In this document: piece after piece, positions 31,500 to 41,040 of the stretch
How the letters are laid out: every line of letters starts with the position of its first letter
Position numbering within the stretch: the first letter of the stretch is position 1
Source: Candidatus Bathyarchaeia archaeon
GTDB lineage: Archaea; Thermoproteota; CALKCG01; B24; JAGTQN01
Assembly: GCA_038850515.1 (NCBI GenBank)
Contig: JAWCLV010000001.1
Span: 7,155 to 71,154, forward strand
Length of the DNA: 64,000 bases
Direction of reading: 5' to 3'
Program-made: the position numbers and the translations under genes
The notes under the pieces: generated by a model
Databases searched by the model: none
Seen by the model: only the letters and a program-made list of their open reading frames with translations
What the model was told of the DNA's origin: nothing

Positions 31500-32117
31500 G
31501 GTGCCTAAGGCTTCTGCCAAGATCCTTGCTATCCTAAGGGGTTCAGGGGTCTTTCCAAGGACCGTAAAGGCTCTAATGAGGGCTTCCGCTTCTTGGGCTT
31601 CCATTCCAAGAGTTTCGTAGAAGATAGGAATCCCTGGATATGCCTCGAAGAATCTTGGATCTCCAGCCTTGCTTATAATATTAAGACGCCTATCCCAGTC
31701 TCTGAAATGCTTTATTAAAGCCGCTTTAACAGCTTCAGGATTGGGTTTAGATCTCAAGACGAGGATTATAGGGCGCTTTGTTACTTCCCTTAGACGCTGG
31801 ACATCTACGACATTAAAACCGGCATAGGCAACTCCATGCAGGAATATTATGTCTTCATCGCTTGAAAGATGCTTCTCCAAGTCTATCATAAGATCCGTGG
31901 CTTCAATACCATCGACCTTAAGATAATCGAAGGCTATCTTCCAAACGATATAGCCCTTAGTAAGAACGGCTAGAAGGGGCGCCCTCCTTTTCTTGGTTCC
32001 AATTCTTTTTGTAAAGGGACCATCTTCGAAGGCTAAGGCCTTGGTTTCCTCGATGTGTTTTCTAGGAATGATCCCCAATACTCGTTTTGAAGGAGAAGGC
32101 AGCAAACACGACCCCAT
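31494..32117 (-). CDS. DUF99 family protein (endonuclease V-like fold)
   Basis: EDGPF, VDGIEAT, GVAYAGFNVVD, PEPLRIA. Confidence 0.85.
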   Translation of the reverse strand: MGSCLLPSPSKRVLGIIPRKHIEETKALAFEDGPFTKRIGTKKRRAPLLAVLTKGYIVWKIAFDYLKVDGIEATDLMIDLEKHLSSDEDIIFLHGVAYAGFNVVDVQRLREVTKRPIILVLRSKPNPEAVKAALIKHFRDWDRRLNIISKAGDPRFFEAYPGIPIFYETLGMEAQEAEALIRAFTVLGKTPEPLRIARILAEALGTL

Positions 32118-32140
32118 AGAAGAAATTGGACAGTTAGTGA

Positions 32141-33334
32141 TTATGATAGACGTACCTCTTCCTTTAAAAGGGCTTGAACCTGTTCCATGGGTATGCTTAA
32201 ACGAACCCTTTTTGAGCGACCATGTCTTCCAAGATTTACGAGTTTAGAGTTCACGATTCCCATGGCATCAAGCTCATTTAAGAGACCGCTTACCCTTCTC
32301 TGGGTAAGGGGTTCCATTCCAGCCTTTTTACAAATTCTCTCATAGGTCTCGTAGATATCCCCAGTTAAGGTTTGTTTTGGATTCTCTTGTTGGGTAAAAT
32401 AAACGCTATAGAGGACAAGCCTTTGATGGAGAGGAAGAGTTCTTAGAACTTCCGTGACTCTATCGTGCTCTATTTTCCACTGTGCCTTTCTAACATGATC
32501 CTCTGTGATGGCTCTTCCACCCTCCCGTTCAGCGAGCTCGCCGGCCACTCTAAGTAGGTCCAGTGCCCTTCTAGCATCCCCATGCTCTGCCGCAGCCAAA
32601 GCAGCACATAGCCTTAAGGCCCCTTCTGTAACGCCATCTTGAACTAAAGCTATTTTTGCCCGGTCGAGAAGGATATCGTATAAATCATCTGCCGTATATG
32701 GGTGGAAAACGATTTCTTCCTCACTAAGGCTACTGAGAACCCTTGGATCTAAAAGATCCTTAAAGTTTAGATCATTCGATATTCCTATAAGAACGATCTT
32801 ACCGGTATGAGAGGTTTCATTAACTCTTGTAAGTTCATAAAGAAGCTTATCGCCACTCGATTTTACAAGCATATCTACCTCGTCTAGAACGCTGATAAGA
32901 ATGCCTCCCATAGCTTTGAGACCTTGTTTGAAGCGGTCGAAAACTTCAGCAGTAGCTATTCCTGTAAAAGGGACCGGTACCTTTACTGATTGACTCAGCA
33001 TTGAGAGAACTCGATATTCGCTCCCAGCTACGCGGCAGTTGATATAAGCAACGCTAAGTGGGGTATCTATCTCAGAACTCTTGGCGGACAGATGTTGTAA
33101 GACGAAACGGGTAACCGCCGTCTTACCAGTCCCAGGTTTTCCATATATGAACATGTTTGAGCATCTGGAGCCCTTTAATACGGGAGCTAAAATCCATCCC
33201 AGCTTTCGGATCTGCTCATCTCGATGAGGTAGATTATCGGGAACATAGTCGGGTCGAAGAGCTTCACGGTTCTTCATGATTATGGACTGTTTCAAGAAAT
33301 GGTTAAATATCTCCGATAGAGCAGGGCTCTCCAT
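32141..33334 (-). CDS. cdc6: Cdc6/Orc1 replication initiator
   Basis: LPHRDEQI, Walker A GKPGTGKT, Walker B LDEVD, GISND, GDARRALDLL, C-terminal wHTH ending GRHGRS. Confidence 0.97.
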   Translation of the reverse strand: MESPALSEIFNHFLKQSIIMKNREALRPDYVPDNLPHRDEQIRKLGWILAPVLKGSRCSNMFIYGKPGTGKTAVTRFVLQHLSAKSSEIDTPLSVAYINCRVAGSEYRVLSMLSQSVKVPVPFTGIATAEVFDRFKQGLKAMGGILISVLDEVDMLVKSSGDKLLYELTRVNETSHTGKIVLIGISNDLNFKDLLDPRVLSSLSEEEIVFHPYTADDLYDILLDRAKIALVQDGVTEGALRLCAALAAAEHGDARRALDLLRVAGELAEREGGRAITEDHVRKAQWKIEHDRVTEVLRTLPLHQRLVLYSVYFTQQENPKQTLTGDIYETYERICKKAGMEPLTQRRVSGLLNELDAMGIVNSKLVNLGRHGRSKRVRLSIPMEQVQALLKEEVRLS

Positions 33335-33470
33335 GTTCTGTTAAATCATCAGAATTTAATAAAAAAGCTAGTAATACACTAAACTAGACTATTTCATTTA
33401 AACTTCTCAATTAGATTGAGGTTGATGGTGGGAAAAGGGATTCATAACAACATGGAAGATGAATCGCCTA

Positions 33471-33850
33471 CGCCACCATTTCAACTGGAACCTTCCTAAA
33501 GCATTACAGCCTATTGGAGTGGGTTTAAAAAATTTGTATAAAATTTCAATTTCCATTTATAGGAATTTTTAATTTCTAAAAGGCGATTAACAAGTAGACT
33601 CTTTTCTCTCTGAAAAGAGAGAAGGAAAATACTTAGTAAGGAGATGACTCTCGAGTGGAAAACCTGGGGTGGGAATACGTCCCGAAGGCTTTTTTTAAAA
33701 ACCCTAGGGACCATCGAAGAACCTTTTATTGTGAACTATGTGAAACCTTACCCCTCCCTAAAACCCTAGAGACACGATTTCTGCCCCTTCCCGATATGGT
33801 AAACCTTTCACAATGCCATTTGATTGAACCCCTTGATTTCCACTCGAGAA
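33471..33850. other. Probable replication origin (oriC) with three ORB elements and an AT-rich unwinding element
   Basis: ORB-like boxes at 33471-33491 (minus: GTTCCAGTTGAAATGGTGGCG), 33648-33673 (plus: CTCTCGAGTGGAAAACCTGGGGTGGG) and 33828-33850 (minus: TTCTCGAGTGGAAATCAAGGGGT). AT-rich tract ~33520-33640; lies directly upstream of cdc6. Confidence 0.85.
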
Positions 33851-34033
33851 TCATAAAGAAAGCTTCAAAATCTCCTTTTTCCATTCCTAGCCCTTGTGAA
33901 ATTGTGAATAGAAAATCCCTTGCAAAAAAGGCTTTTTTCTCTAATCACTGCGAGATTTTATGGTTCTTTCCCTTTACAAGTTCACAAATTGAAATTTCAT
34001 TTAATAAAGAAAACTTTGGGGTCGACTAGGGTT

Positions 34034-34447
34034 ATGGCGCCTTCTAAGCTTCGCTTTCAACTGTACGATTCGGATGGAAATAGGCTTACGATTTCACTTG
34101 AAGGAAATGTATCTAGGGATAAGGTCCTCCAAATTCTAGACCTTTTCGAAATTATGGGAGGGCTCTCACCAAACCCTCCTTTAAAAGGTTTCGAAGCGCA
34201 ACAACCGGATGCTACTAAGCTCGAAAGACTTAAAGGAATAATAAAAGGGCATTTTCCTATTGGATGGTTCTCTTCAAAAGAGATACAATTGGCTTATGAA
34301 GAAACCTATAAAGAGCCCATAGCCCTCAGCACAGTTTCGACTTATCTCCAAAGGCTTTCTGAGGGAGGCTTCCTTATGAAAGCCGGATCCAGAGCAGAAA
34401 GGCGTTATAAAATGGCTAAAGCCTCCCAGATAACGAAGAAGATTTAG
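34034..34447 (+). CDS. Small winged-helix DNA-binding protein
   Basis: ATG 34034; C-terminal WFSSKEIQLAYEE...IALSTVSTYLQRLSEGGFL wHTH pattern. Confidence 0.75.
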   Translation: MAPSKLRFQLYDSDGNRLTISLEGNVSRDKVLQILDLFEIMGGLSPNPPLKGFEAQQPDATKLERLKGIIKGHFPIGWFSSKEIQLAYEETYKEPIALSTVSTYLQRLSEGGFLMKAGSRAERRYKMAKASQITKKI

Positions 34448-35190
34448 ATCTCTTGGGGGAATTTAGCGCTTTCTAGAGCCTTTCTAACCCTTTCATTAAT
34501 TCTATATACGTAAGGAAGTCTTTCCGAATTTCTTTCCACATAGCCCTCCACATACAACTTTTTCATAAGCCGAGCAGTATGCTCCCTAGTTTTTCCAAGA
34601 ACCTGTTCAATTTGCCTGCTTGTCTTTGCACCCTCGCTAGACAAAACCATCAGAACTTTTATTTCCGTTGGTGTTAGTTTAGAAAGAACACCTTTCTCCT
34701 CTAGGATTATATTCTCCTTGCTCTCGCCCCCGAGTCCTTCCTGGCGGAGAATCTCATAATTTTCAAGCTTACTAGCCAAATCCTTCAAATCCTTCCTAAT
34801 TTCTTGGATCTGAGGGATAAGGCGCTCATCCTCGATTTCTTTGAGCTTCACCTCCAAATTTCTCAGCCTACTCTCATATGCTAGGGTGTGATGCAACACT
34901 TTCCTTGTGGCTTCCAAAGAAAGAATCATGCTTTTTTCCAAGTCCTCAATCCTAGCCCCCCTTAATTCATCCCTACGGACAAGTTTGTTTATAGCAATCG
35001 TGTTCTCCGAAGTATCTTGCCTTAGGATCTCTAGTTGACTTTCTTGCTTTGCAAGACGCTCATTGAAGGCCTTTACAACATATTTTGATAGCTCCCTAGT
35101 ACCTCTTCCCCTCAACCAAATGAGGCTATACATGATGGAGATGGATATACCAAAGGCTCCTATGGTTACCAAAATGGCTAGGGGGTCTAT
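34444..35190 (-). CDS. Membrane-anchored coiled-coil protein with C-terminal winged-helix domain
   Basis: N-terminal TM helix, heptad-rich middle, LTPTEIKVL...KTREHTARLMKKLYVEGYVER. Start is TTG 35172 or an in-frame ATA at 35190. Confidence 0.75.
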   Translation of the reverse strand: MDPLAILVTIGAFGISISIMYSLIWLRGRGTRELSKYVVKAFNERLAKQESQLEILRQDTSENTIAINKLVRRDELRGARIEDLEKSMILSLEATRKVLHHTLAYESRLRNLEVKLKEIEDERLIPQIQEIRKDLKDLASKLENYEILRQEGLGGESKENIILEEKGVLSKLTPTEIKVLMVLSSEGAKTSRQIEQVLGKTREHTARLMKKLYVEGYVERNSERLPYVYRINERVRKALESAKFPQEI

Positions 35191-35798
35191 GAGGAATCAC
35201 CTCCTTTAATTAGCTGAAAGCCCTCACCCCTCTTCAGAAGGGCGAGGATCAAATCAATCTTCGTTATGATTCCAACAAGTCTCTTCCCTTCCATGACCAA
35301 CAAGGCTGGTGTACCCTTCGATAGAAGGATGATGAGATCTTCAACGGGGGTATCAGGACTTATGGAAGGAAAAGGCTCCTCCATGAACTTATCGACAGAC
35401 TCCTGAAAAAGACCAGATACGTCCTTTACTTGGGCTATTTTTTGGATAATTGTAGATTCTTGAATACTTCCAACAACGGACCCTGCCCGCATAACCGGCA
35501 ATTGAGAGATATCATACTTCTTCATAAGCTCCACAGCCACCCTCAGGGGTTGTGATCCGCTCACAGAGATCACAGGGCTTCTCATGATATCACGGGCATA
35601 TGTTGAATGGATTACCAAAGAATTGAGGACATCTATAATTTTTCGTAGGGTAGATGTGCGAGGATCCACGGATCCCCTTTCTATTCTAGATATGAGGGAT
35701 TGACTTAATCCGGTTCTCTCGGCTAAGGCTTTCTGAGTTAGGCGAGCTGCAACCCTCATTTCCCGGAGAGTGTGACCTGTTGGTATCACATGTGACAT
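35187..35798 (-). CDS. XRE-HTH plus CBS-pair transcriptional regulator
   Basis: LTQKALAERTGLSQSLISRIERGSVDPR; two CBS repeats (ARDIMRSPV..., VGIITKIDL). Confidence 0.92.
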   Translation of the reverse strand: MSHVIPTGHTLREMRVAARLTQKALAERTGLSQSLISRIERGSVDPRTSTLRKIIDVLNSLVIHSTYARDIMRSPVISVSGSQPLRVAVELMKKYDISQLPVMRAGSVVGSIQESTIIQKIAQVKDVSGLFQESVDKFMEEPFPSISPDTPVEDLIILLSKGTPALLVMEGKRLVGIITKIDLILALLKRGEGFQLIKGGDSS

Positions 35799-36075
35799 TC
35801 TAAGATCTCATATAATGCTACATGTGAGGTCTAAATAAGCCTTACTTCCGAGCGCATCCAAATGCTTAGGGATAGTTTAAAGATCTCGAGAACAAATGCA
35901 TCCGTAGATCGAGGATCCGCCTCTGTTCGTATAAAGAGAAAGACAGAGAATCCATTTGACAAGGAATAGAAATGATTATATATTGATAATATTAGGTTCT
36001 TTTGGAAAATGATATTCAAAATTTTTCGAATAAGGGTTATATATTTGAATACAATTTAGTATTCAAAGAAAGAAG

Positions 36076-36570
36076 ATGGATTCGCTCCAGAAGGATTTTA
36101 GTGAAAAATTGAAAACTATTACAACAGACCCGCTCCTTTCCATACTTCTTTCCCAGAGCCATCTTACCGAAAAACAATTACAAGCCATACTTATTGACCT
36201 TTTTTTCTCAAAAAACTCACAAAAAAGAATTTCTTCGAGTGAAAAAGCTCAAATAATGCCTAAAAAATTGAAAAGAGGAGCATATAATAGGATATTGAAT
36301 CAGGGAAGGAGGAACATCATAAGGGCTTTCTTCACGATCTATTTACTCGGTTACCTTGAAATCTTGGATCTGGAAGACCTGGAGGCTCATATCACCTTAG
36401 GGAAGGGGATAAAAGCCTATATAGAAACATATAGAGAAGCCCTAGCACGAGGTTTTTCCTCGGAAGAGGCTAAACGGCTTCAAATGATCTATAAGGAACT
36501 CATCGAGAAAGTAAAATATTTAGCTAAACCGATTTCCCTTAAGGGAAGCTCAGGATCACAAAATATGTGA
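36076..36570 (+). CDS. Hypothetical protein (possible HTH)
   Basis: 164-aa ORF, SHLTEKQL...RGAYNRILNQGRRNI; stop overlaps the next start (GTGA). Confidence 0.65.
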   Translation: MDSLQKDFSEKLKTITTDPLLSILLSQSHLTEKQLQAILIDLFFSKNSQKRISSSEKAQIMPKKLKRGAYNRILNQGRRNIIRAFFTIYLLGYLEILDLEDLEAHITLGKGIKAYIETYREALARGFSSEEAKRLQMIYKELIEKVKYLAKPISLKGSSGSQNM

Positions 36571-39500
36571 CATCACAGATCACAAGAAATGAAAAGGAAA
36601 TTTTTATATCCCATGAATTTTTTCATTATAGAGCTCTTTGCCAGAGGGTCTTACGAGTGTACAAAGCTAAGCTAAAATTACCGCCCCTCATCATACTCTT
36701 GGCATTTATGTTTTCGGTATTCGCATCACCATCGTATGCCTTTCAAGGAACAACCCTAAACATCTACGGCTTCGTAAAGGACTATAGGGGAATACCTATA
36801 CCGAATGCAACCCTTGTTATCCTCGACTGGACAACACTACAATACCGTCTTTGCTCGACAGACGCCAAAGGATACTACTCCCTTGAGGTCCCTCATATCG
36901 ATTATTACGGAACCCATCAATACATTGTATATGCTTTGCATTTCGACAATAATGGAACGATAGATTATGTTCCAGCCGTATATCCTACAAACCTATACGA
37001 TCCCTATGCTAGGATAACGACCTCTAGGGAGGTTTCCTTTCAACTTTTCCCAGGCGCTTCGATAACAGTAAAGGGGAGCCTCTGGTATGTCCTAAGCTCC
37101 CAAGTCCCGCGATGGTATACCTTAGAAGTCATCGATGCTACCACAGGAGGGTCGTACATTTTCGAAAACTCCATCCCTGTCTTCGGGAATCCCCCATATC
37201 GCTATGGAATAGGCTGTGATGTCCGCTTTATCCCTCAATCCCTAATAAATAGGCAAACGGTTGTGATACCGGCCGATAAACCTACCTACATTCTCGTGAA
37301 GGCTGAGTTCTTCAACGACAGGACAAATCGCTTCCAAACAGTTTCCTTCCTCATAGGATCTGAGGAAGGAGCCTTCACCCTTAGAAAAGGAGAACGTGCC
37401 ACGATGGACATTAGCGTTTATTCTGCTACCTTCAACCTAGAGGTTCTTTTAGGTTTAGTGAAGGAAATTGAGGGGAAAATCACGGAGGCAGAGCGCGTAG
37501 GCTTCTTTGTGGGAGGGGAAAGGGACGATCTTCGAAAGATAGGAATGACCCTCTCAAGAGCCCAAGCGAACCTTCCCCCTGTCAATCCAAATCCAGATGA
37601 GGATACTCTGCGACAGACTCGCTTCCTTCTCCTCGAGAAGTCCTATAATGATCTGAAACTTCTGGAAAGGCGTGTGGATCCAAACACGGGTGATATGTAC
37701 GTCATCTCCCAATCTCACTCAGTTTTCTTTCCACCTTTCTTCGCCGTCTTTGCAGTCATCTTGGCTTCTTTCCTTTTCGAGAATAATCGAAGAAAGATAG
37801 CCACCTCGATGATAATCTATCCTCTTATGATAGTGGGACTTTACTTCGTATACCCTGGGGTGAAGGTAATCTTCAACACCGAAGTCGTTATTGGGATCAA
37901 GGGATTCTGGACCGTTTCCATTCAGGGTGGAATCTTTTTCTTCAGCATCGTCATCCTTGCCATTATTGCCAGTCTCTTAGCCTTCTTCCTCTTCCCTAAG
38001 GTTTACAGGGAGCCCATTGTAGAAGGAAGGGCACCCCTTACTAGCGTCCTTTCAACAATCTTTTCCATCGGTAAAAGAAACGTTAAGCGCCGAAAGCTTA
38101 GAAGCTCCCTTGCCATCATTGCCATCATGATCCTCATAACTGGCTTTACAGCCCTTACTTCCCTTTCTTGGATCTACGGTCTTGTGAAGGAGACGCCAAA
38201 ACCCGTCAACACCTCGGCTGCAGGGGTCCTTATTATGAAGATTCCGAGTAACGAGACCCGTCCACACCTACGTTCCCAATTATTCAATTCCTTGGAGAAT
38301 GCCTCCCTTTTCGATTATGGAGCCCTTTCCTTAGTACCTAAGGTGGAGAATATCCCATCCCCCGATCCCGTGCTTTTTGTGAAGGCATCCAAAAGTGCGG
38401 CTCAGCCTTTACCCATTTATGGAGTCCTGGGAATAGCCCCAAGTCTCGAGGAAGGTCTAACGGGGGTTGGTCGGTTCATCGTAGGAGGCGAGCTTAGGGA
38501 TGACGACGAAGAGGGCGTCGTTATGAGTAGGAAGCTGGCTGATGCCTTGGGTGTACGGATAGGGGGGACCATAGAGGTCTATAGATCCGATATGAGCGTT
38601 GTCAAAAACTTTACCTTAAGGGCTTTCTTGGAAGATGGCTTCTTCGAAAGCCTTGACCTTGATGGGAATAGCCTTCCCCCTTCAAAACTCAAAGGTTCAG
38701 ATATCGTGAAAACAAACCAAACGGAGACCTTGCTCTTCACACCAAAGGCTGCGCTAAAAATATATGAAGAGGAAAAGTCCGGAATAGGGATCTCAAGGAT
38801 CTTTGTCAAGCTATCTTCTACATCCGAGGAGACTCTTTCCGAATTTGCCCAAGCCATGGTTCATAAAGGCTATACGGCCTGGGTCTTTAGAAACGGAATG
38901 GCGACAAAGTATTACATAGGATCCGTCTTTAAAGTGGAAGGCTTAGAGCAGTTTCTCATACCCTTTGTCCTCGTTGTGCTTAATGTAAGCCTTGTTATGA
39001 TGAACCTTCTCCACGAAAGGGCTAAGGAAGTTAGCATCCTTTCCATGGTTGGACTGAACCCCGGCCATATAGCGACGGTTTTTATGGCAGAATCCATAGT
39101 CATGGGCCTTGTAGGCGGCGGCTTAGGCTACTTCCTTGGTTTAGGTATGTACCGTCTTATGTCCTTCCTCTCGCCAGAAAGCCAGATAGCAGTCAGGGAG
39201 AAGCTGGAGTGGTACTGGGGCGTCGTTTCGATTGCGATAGCCCTTCTCGTAGCCGTCGTATCAGCCATACGCCCAGCCATAAAGGCTGCCATGTTGGCGA
39301 CCCCATCTATGGTGAGGAAGATGAAGGTCACCCAAGAGGAACGCCTGAAGAGGGATAAGGAGATCTTCAAGGTCTATTTGGGCCGAGAATTCGGGCTTCC
39401 GATAAGGGTTCACGAAAGGGAGGAACCCTTCTTCTCTTCCTACTTAACGGATAGACTAAGGGAGCTTATGACAGGTCTCTACGATAGAGTGGAGGAATTC

Positions 39501-39770
39501 TCCCTAGATGAGCAGGTGTTGGCTGACGGGACGAGGGTTAAGCGATTCCTCTTTAACTACATCATCATCGAAGGTCGAAACCAATATACCACTGTTAATG
39601 AGATTATAGCCAGAAAGAAGCCCCAAACCGATTTCTACACCCTATCCCTCCTTTCCAAACCGAAATCCCCAGGTCTTCCTGAGCATATTACGGAAACGAC
39701 CCTTACCTTGGTTAAGGATCTAGTTCTCGATTGGGATAGGGAGAAAGGAAGGATTATCGGGAAAATCTAG
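36567..39770 (+). CDS. FtsX-like permease with N-terminal carboxypeptidase-regulatory-like beta domain
   Basis: IYGFVKDYRGIPIPNATL, TM block, RRKLRSSL, LDLDGNSLPP, ERAKEVSILSMVGLNPGHIATVFMAES; same C-terminal architecture as 15737-20197. Confidence 0.8.
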   Translation: MTSQITRNEKEIFISHEFFHYRALCQRVLRVYKAKLKLPPLIILLAFMFSVFASPSYAFQGTTLNIYGFVKDYRGIPIPNATLVILDWTTLQYRLCSTDAKGYYSLEVPHIDYYGTHQYIVYALHFDNNGTIDYVPAVYPTNLYDPYARITTSREVSFQLFPGASITVKGSLWYVLSSQVPRWYTLEVIDATTGGSYIFENSIPVFGNPPYRYGIGCDVRFIPQSLINRQTVVIPADKPTYILVKAEFFNDRTNRFQTVSFLIGSEEGAFTLRKGERATMDISVYSATFNLEVLLGLVKEIEGKITEAERVGFFVGGERDDLRKIGMTLSRAQANLPPVNPNPDEDTLRQTRFLLLEKSYNDLKLLERRVDPNTGDMYVISQSHSVFFPPFFAVFAVILASFLFENNRRKIATSMIIYPLMIVGLYFVYPGVKVIFNTEVVIGIKGFWTVSIQGGIFFFSIVILAIIASLLAFFLFPKVYREPIVEGRAPLTSVLSTIFSIGKRNVKRRKLRSSLAIIAIMILITGFTALTSLSWIYGLVKETPKPVNTSAAGVLIMKIPSNETRPHLRSQLFNSLENASLFDYGALSLVPKVENIPSPDPVLFVKASKSAAQPLPIYGVLGIAPSLEEGLTGVGRFIVGGELRDDDEEGVVMSRKLADALGVRIGGTIEVYRSDMSVVKNFTLRAFLEDGFFESLDLDGNSLPPSKLKGSDIVKTNQTETLLFTPKAALKIYEEEKSGIGISRIFVKLSSTSEETLSEFAQAMVHKGYTAWVFRNGMATKYYIGSVFKVEGLEQFLIPFVLVVLNVSLVMMNLLHERAKEVSILSMVGLNPGHIATVFMAESIVMGLVGGGLGYFLGLGMYRLMSFLSPESQIAVREKLEWYWGVVSIAIALLVAVVSAIRPAIKAAMLATPSMVRKMKVTQEERLKRDKEIFKVYLGREFGLPIRVHEREEPFFSSYLTDRLRELMTGLYDRVEEFSLDEQVLADGTRVKRFLFNYIIIEGRNQYTTVNEIIARKKPQTDFYTLSLLSKPKSPGLPEHITETTLTLVKDLVLDWDREKGRIIGKI

Positions 39771-39912
39771 ATCGATATTGAAGATCGATAGTTATTTAGC
39801 CAAGCTATTCTTGCTCAGATTTATACTACAGCCATTTTGTGGTATAAACATGGAAAAGCGAAATTAGAAGAAGGAAAGAAAAAAGAAGGTAAGGAATGCT
39901 GGATTTTCTTCC

Positions 39913-40878
39913 CTACCACCAAGGCTTGACTTCTGGGGGCTCAACTTGAAGTAAGGGTTTCAGGAACTGTATGGCTTGGGCGACCCCAGAAGCTCTGCTC
40001 ATAGTAGGGTCCTCATGCTCTACGGATGCCACATAGTTATAACCTACTTCTAAAAGGGCTGTGATTACGGGCTTCCAAGGAACCTGCCCCCACCCGACTG
40101 TACGGAAACGTACGGCTCTAGCCCCACGGCTCCATGAGCCCGTAACTAGGGCTCCGGTCCTAGAGGTCGAGTAGGGCAAACATTCTACATCCTTTGCATG
40201 CATATGGAATATGCGCTTACCAAGCTCATATATGAAGGCCGTCGGATCCATTTGCTGCCAAAGGAAGTGACTAGGATCGTAGTTAAAGCCCACTGATGGA
40301 TGGTTTTCACTTACCTCGATGAGACGCTTGGCTGTCTCTAGGTTGTAATTCATTTCCTGTGGGTGAGTTTCAAAGGCAATTTTGATATCATGATCCTTAG
40401 CATAATCGAGGATTGGAAGCCATCGCTCCCTATAGAGGCTCCAATAACCCTCCCAGATCCTCTCATTCGCCGGTGGGAAGATATACCACTTCCCCCAATT
40501 AGGACAGCCTGTGAAGGAATTGATCACAGGAACCTCGAGGGCCGTCGCCGCTTCTATGGCTTTCTTAACCCTTTCGGTTCCGTACCTAACCTTCTCATCG
40601 GGAGATCCCTTAAACCAATCATCCGTACTTTCATCCAAGGGTCCGAGGACGAGCTGCCCATCCAAATGTGTGCTTAAAGATGATATGATGAATCCTCGCC
40701 CTTCGATATTCCTCCTATATGCCGAGGCTCCACCCTTAAGGATGGCATCCAAGTCAATATGGGTACTTCCCTTCCAAGTGGCGATCTCAACAGCTTGGTA
40801 GCCTAGTTTTGATAGATGGTCTAAAACCTGGTCGAGGGGCTGATCGTTGTAAAGAACGGTGAAAAGTCCGATTTTCAT
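39913..40878 (-). CDS. Sugar phosphate isomerase/epimerase (xylose isomerase-like TIM barrel)
   Basis: GYQAVEI, FETHP, NYDPSH, HMHAKD, FRTVGWG, SVEHED. Confidence 0.9.
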   Translation of the reverse strand: MKIGLFTVLYNDQPLDQVLDHLSKLGYQAVEIATWKGSTHIDLDAILKGGASAYRRNIEGRGFIISSLSTHLDGQLVLGPLDESTDDWFKGSPDEKVRYGTERVKKAIEAATALEVPVINSFTGCPNWGKWYIFPPANERIWEGYWSLYRERWLPILDYAKDHDIKIAFETHPQEMNYNLETAKRLIEVSENHPSVGFNYDPSHFLWQQMDPTAFIYELGKRIFHMHAKDVECLPYSTSRTGALVTGSWSRGARAVRFRTVGWGQVPWKPVITALLEVGYNYVASVEHEDPTMSRASGVAQAIQFLKPLLQVEPPEVKPWW

Positions 40879-41040
40879 AATCTTTCCTCCAAATTTCTTT
40901 TCTTCAGAAATTACTTAAATCTATCGAAGAATCCTTCCGTCATCTTATGATCTAACTAGGCAAAGGCTCGGCTGAAATGAAAATCAAAATGAAATGTATT
41001 AAATCCAACTTCCCTAATTTTTAGAACTGGGTGAAACCCT

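Noticed and set aside
33511..34029. Track ORFs 33511-33714 and 33655-34029
   Set aside because: They overlap the ORB boxes and AT-rich origin and have no recognisable protein features.
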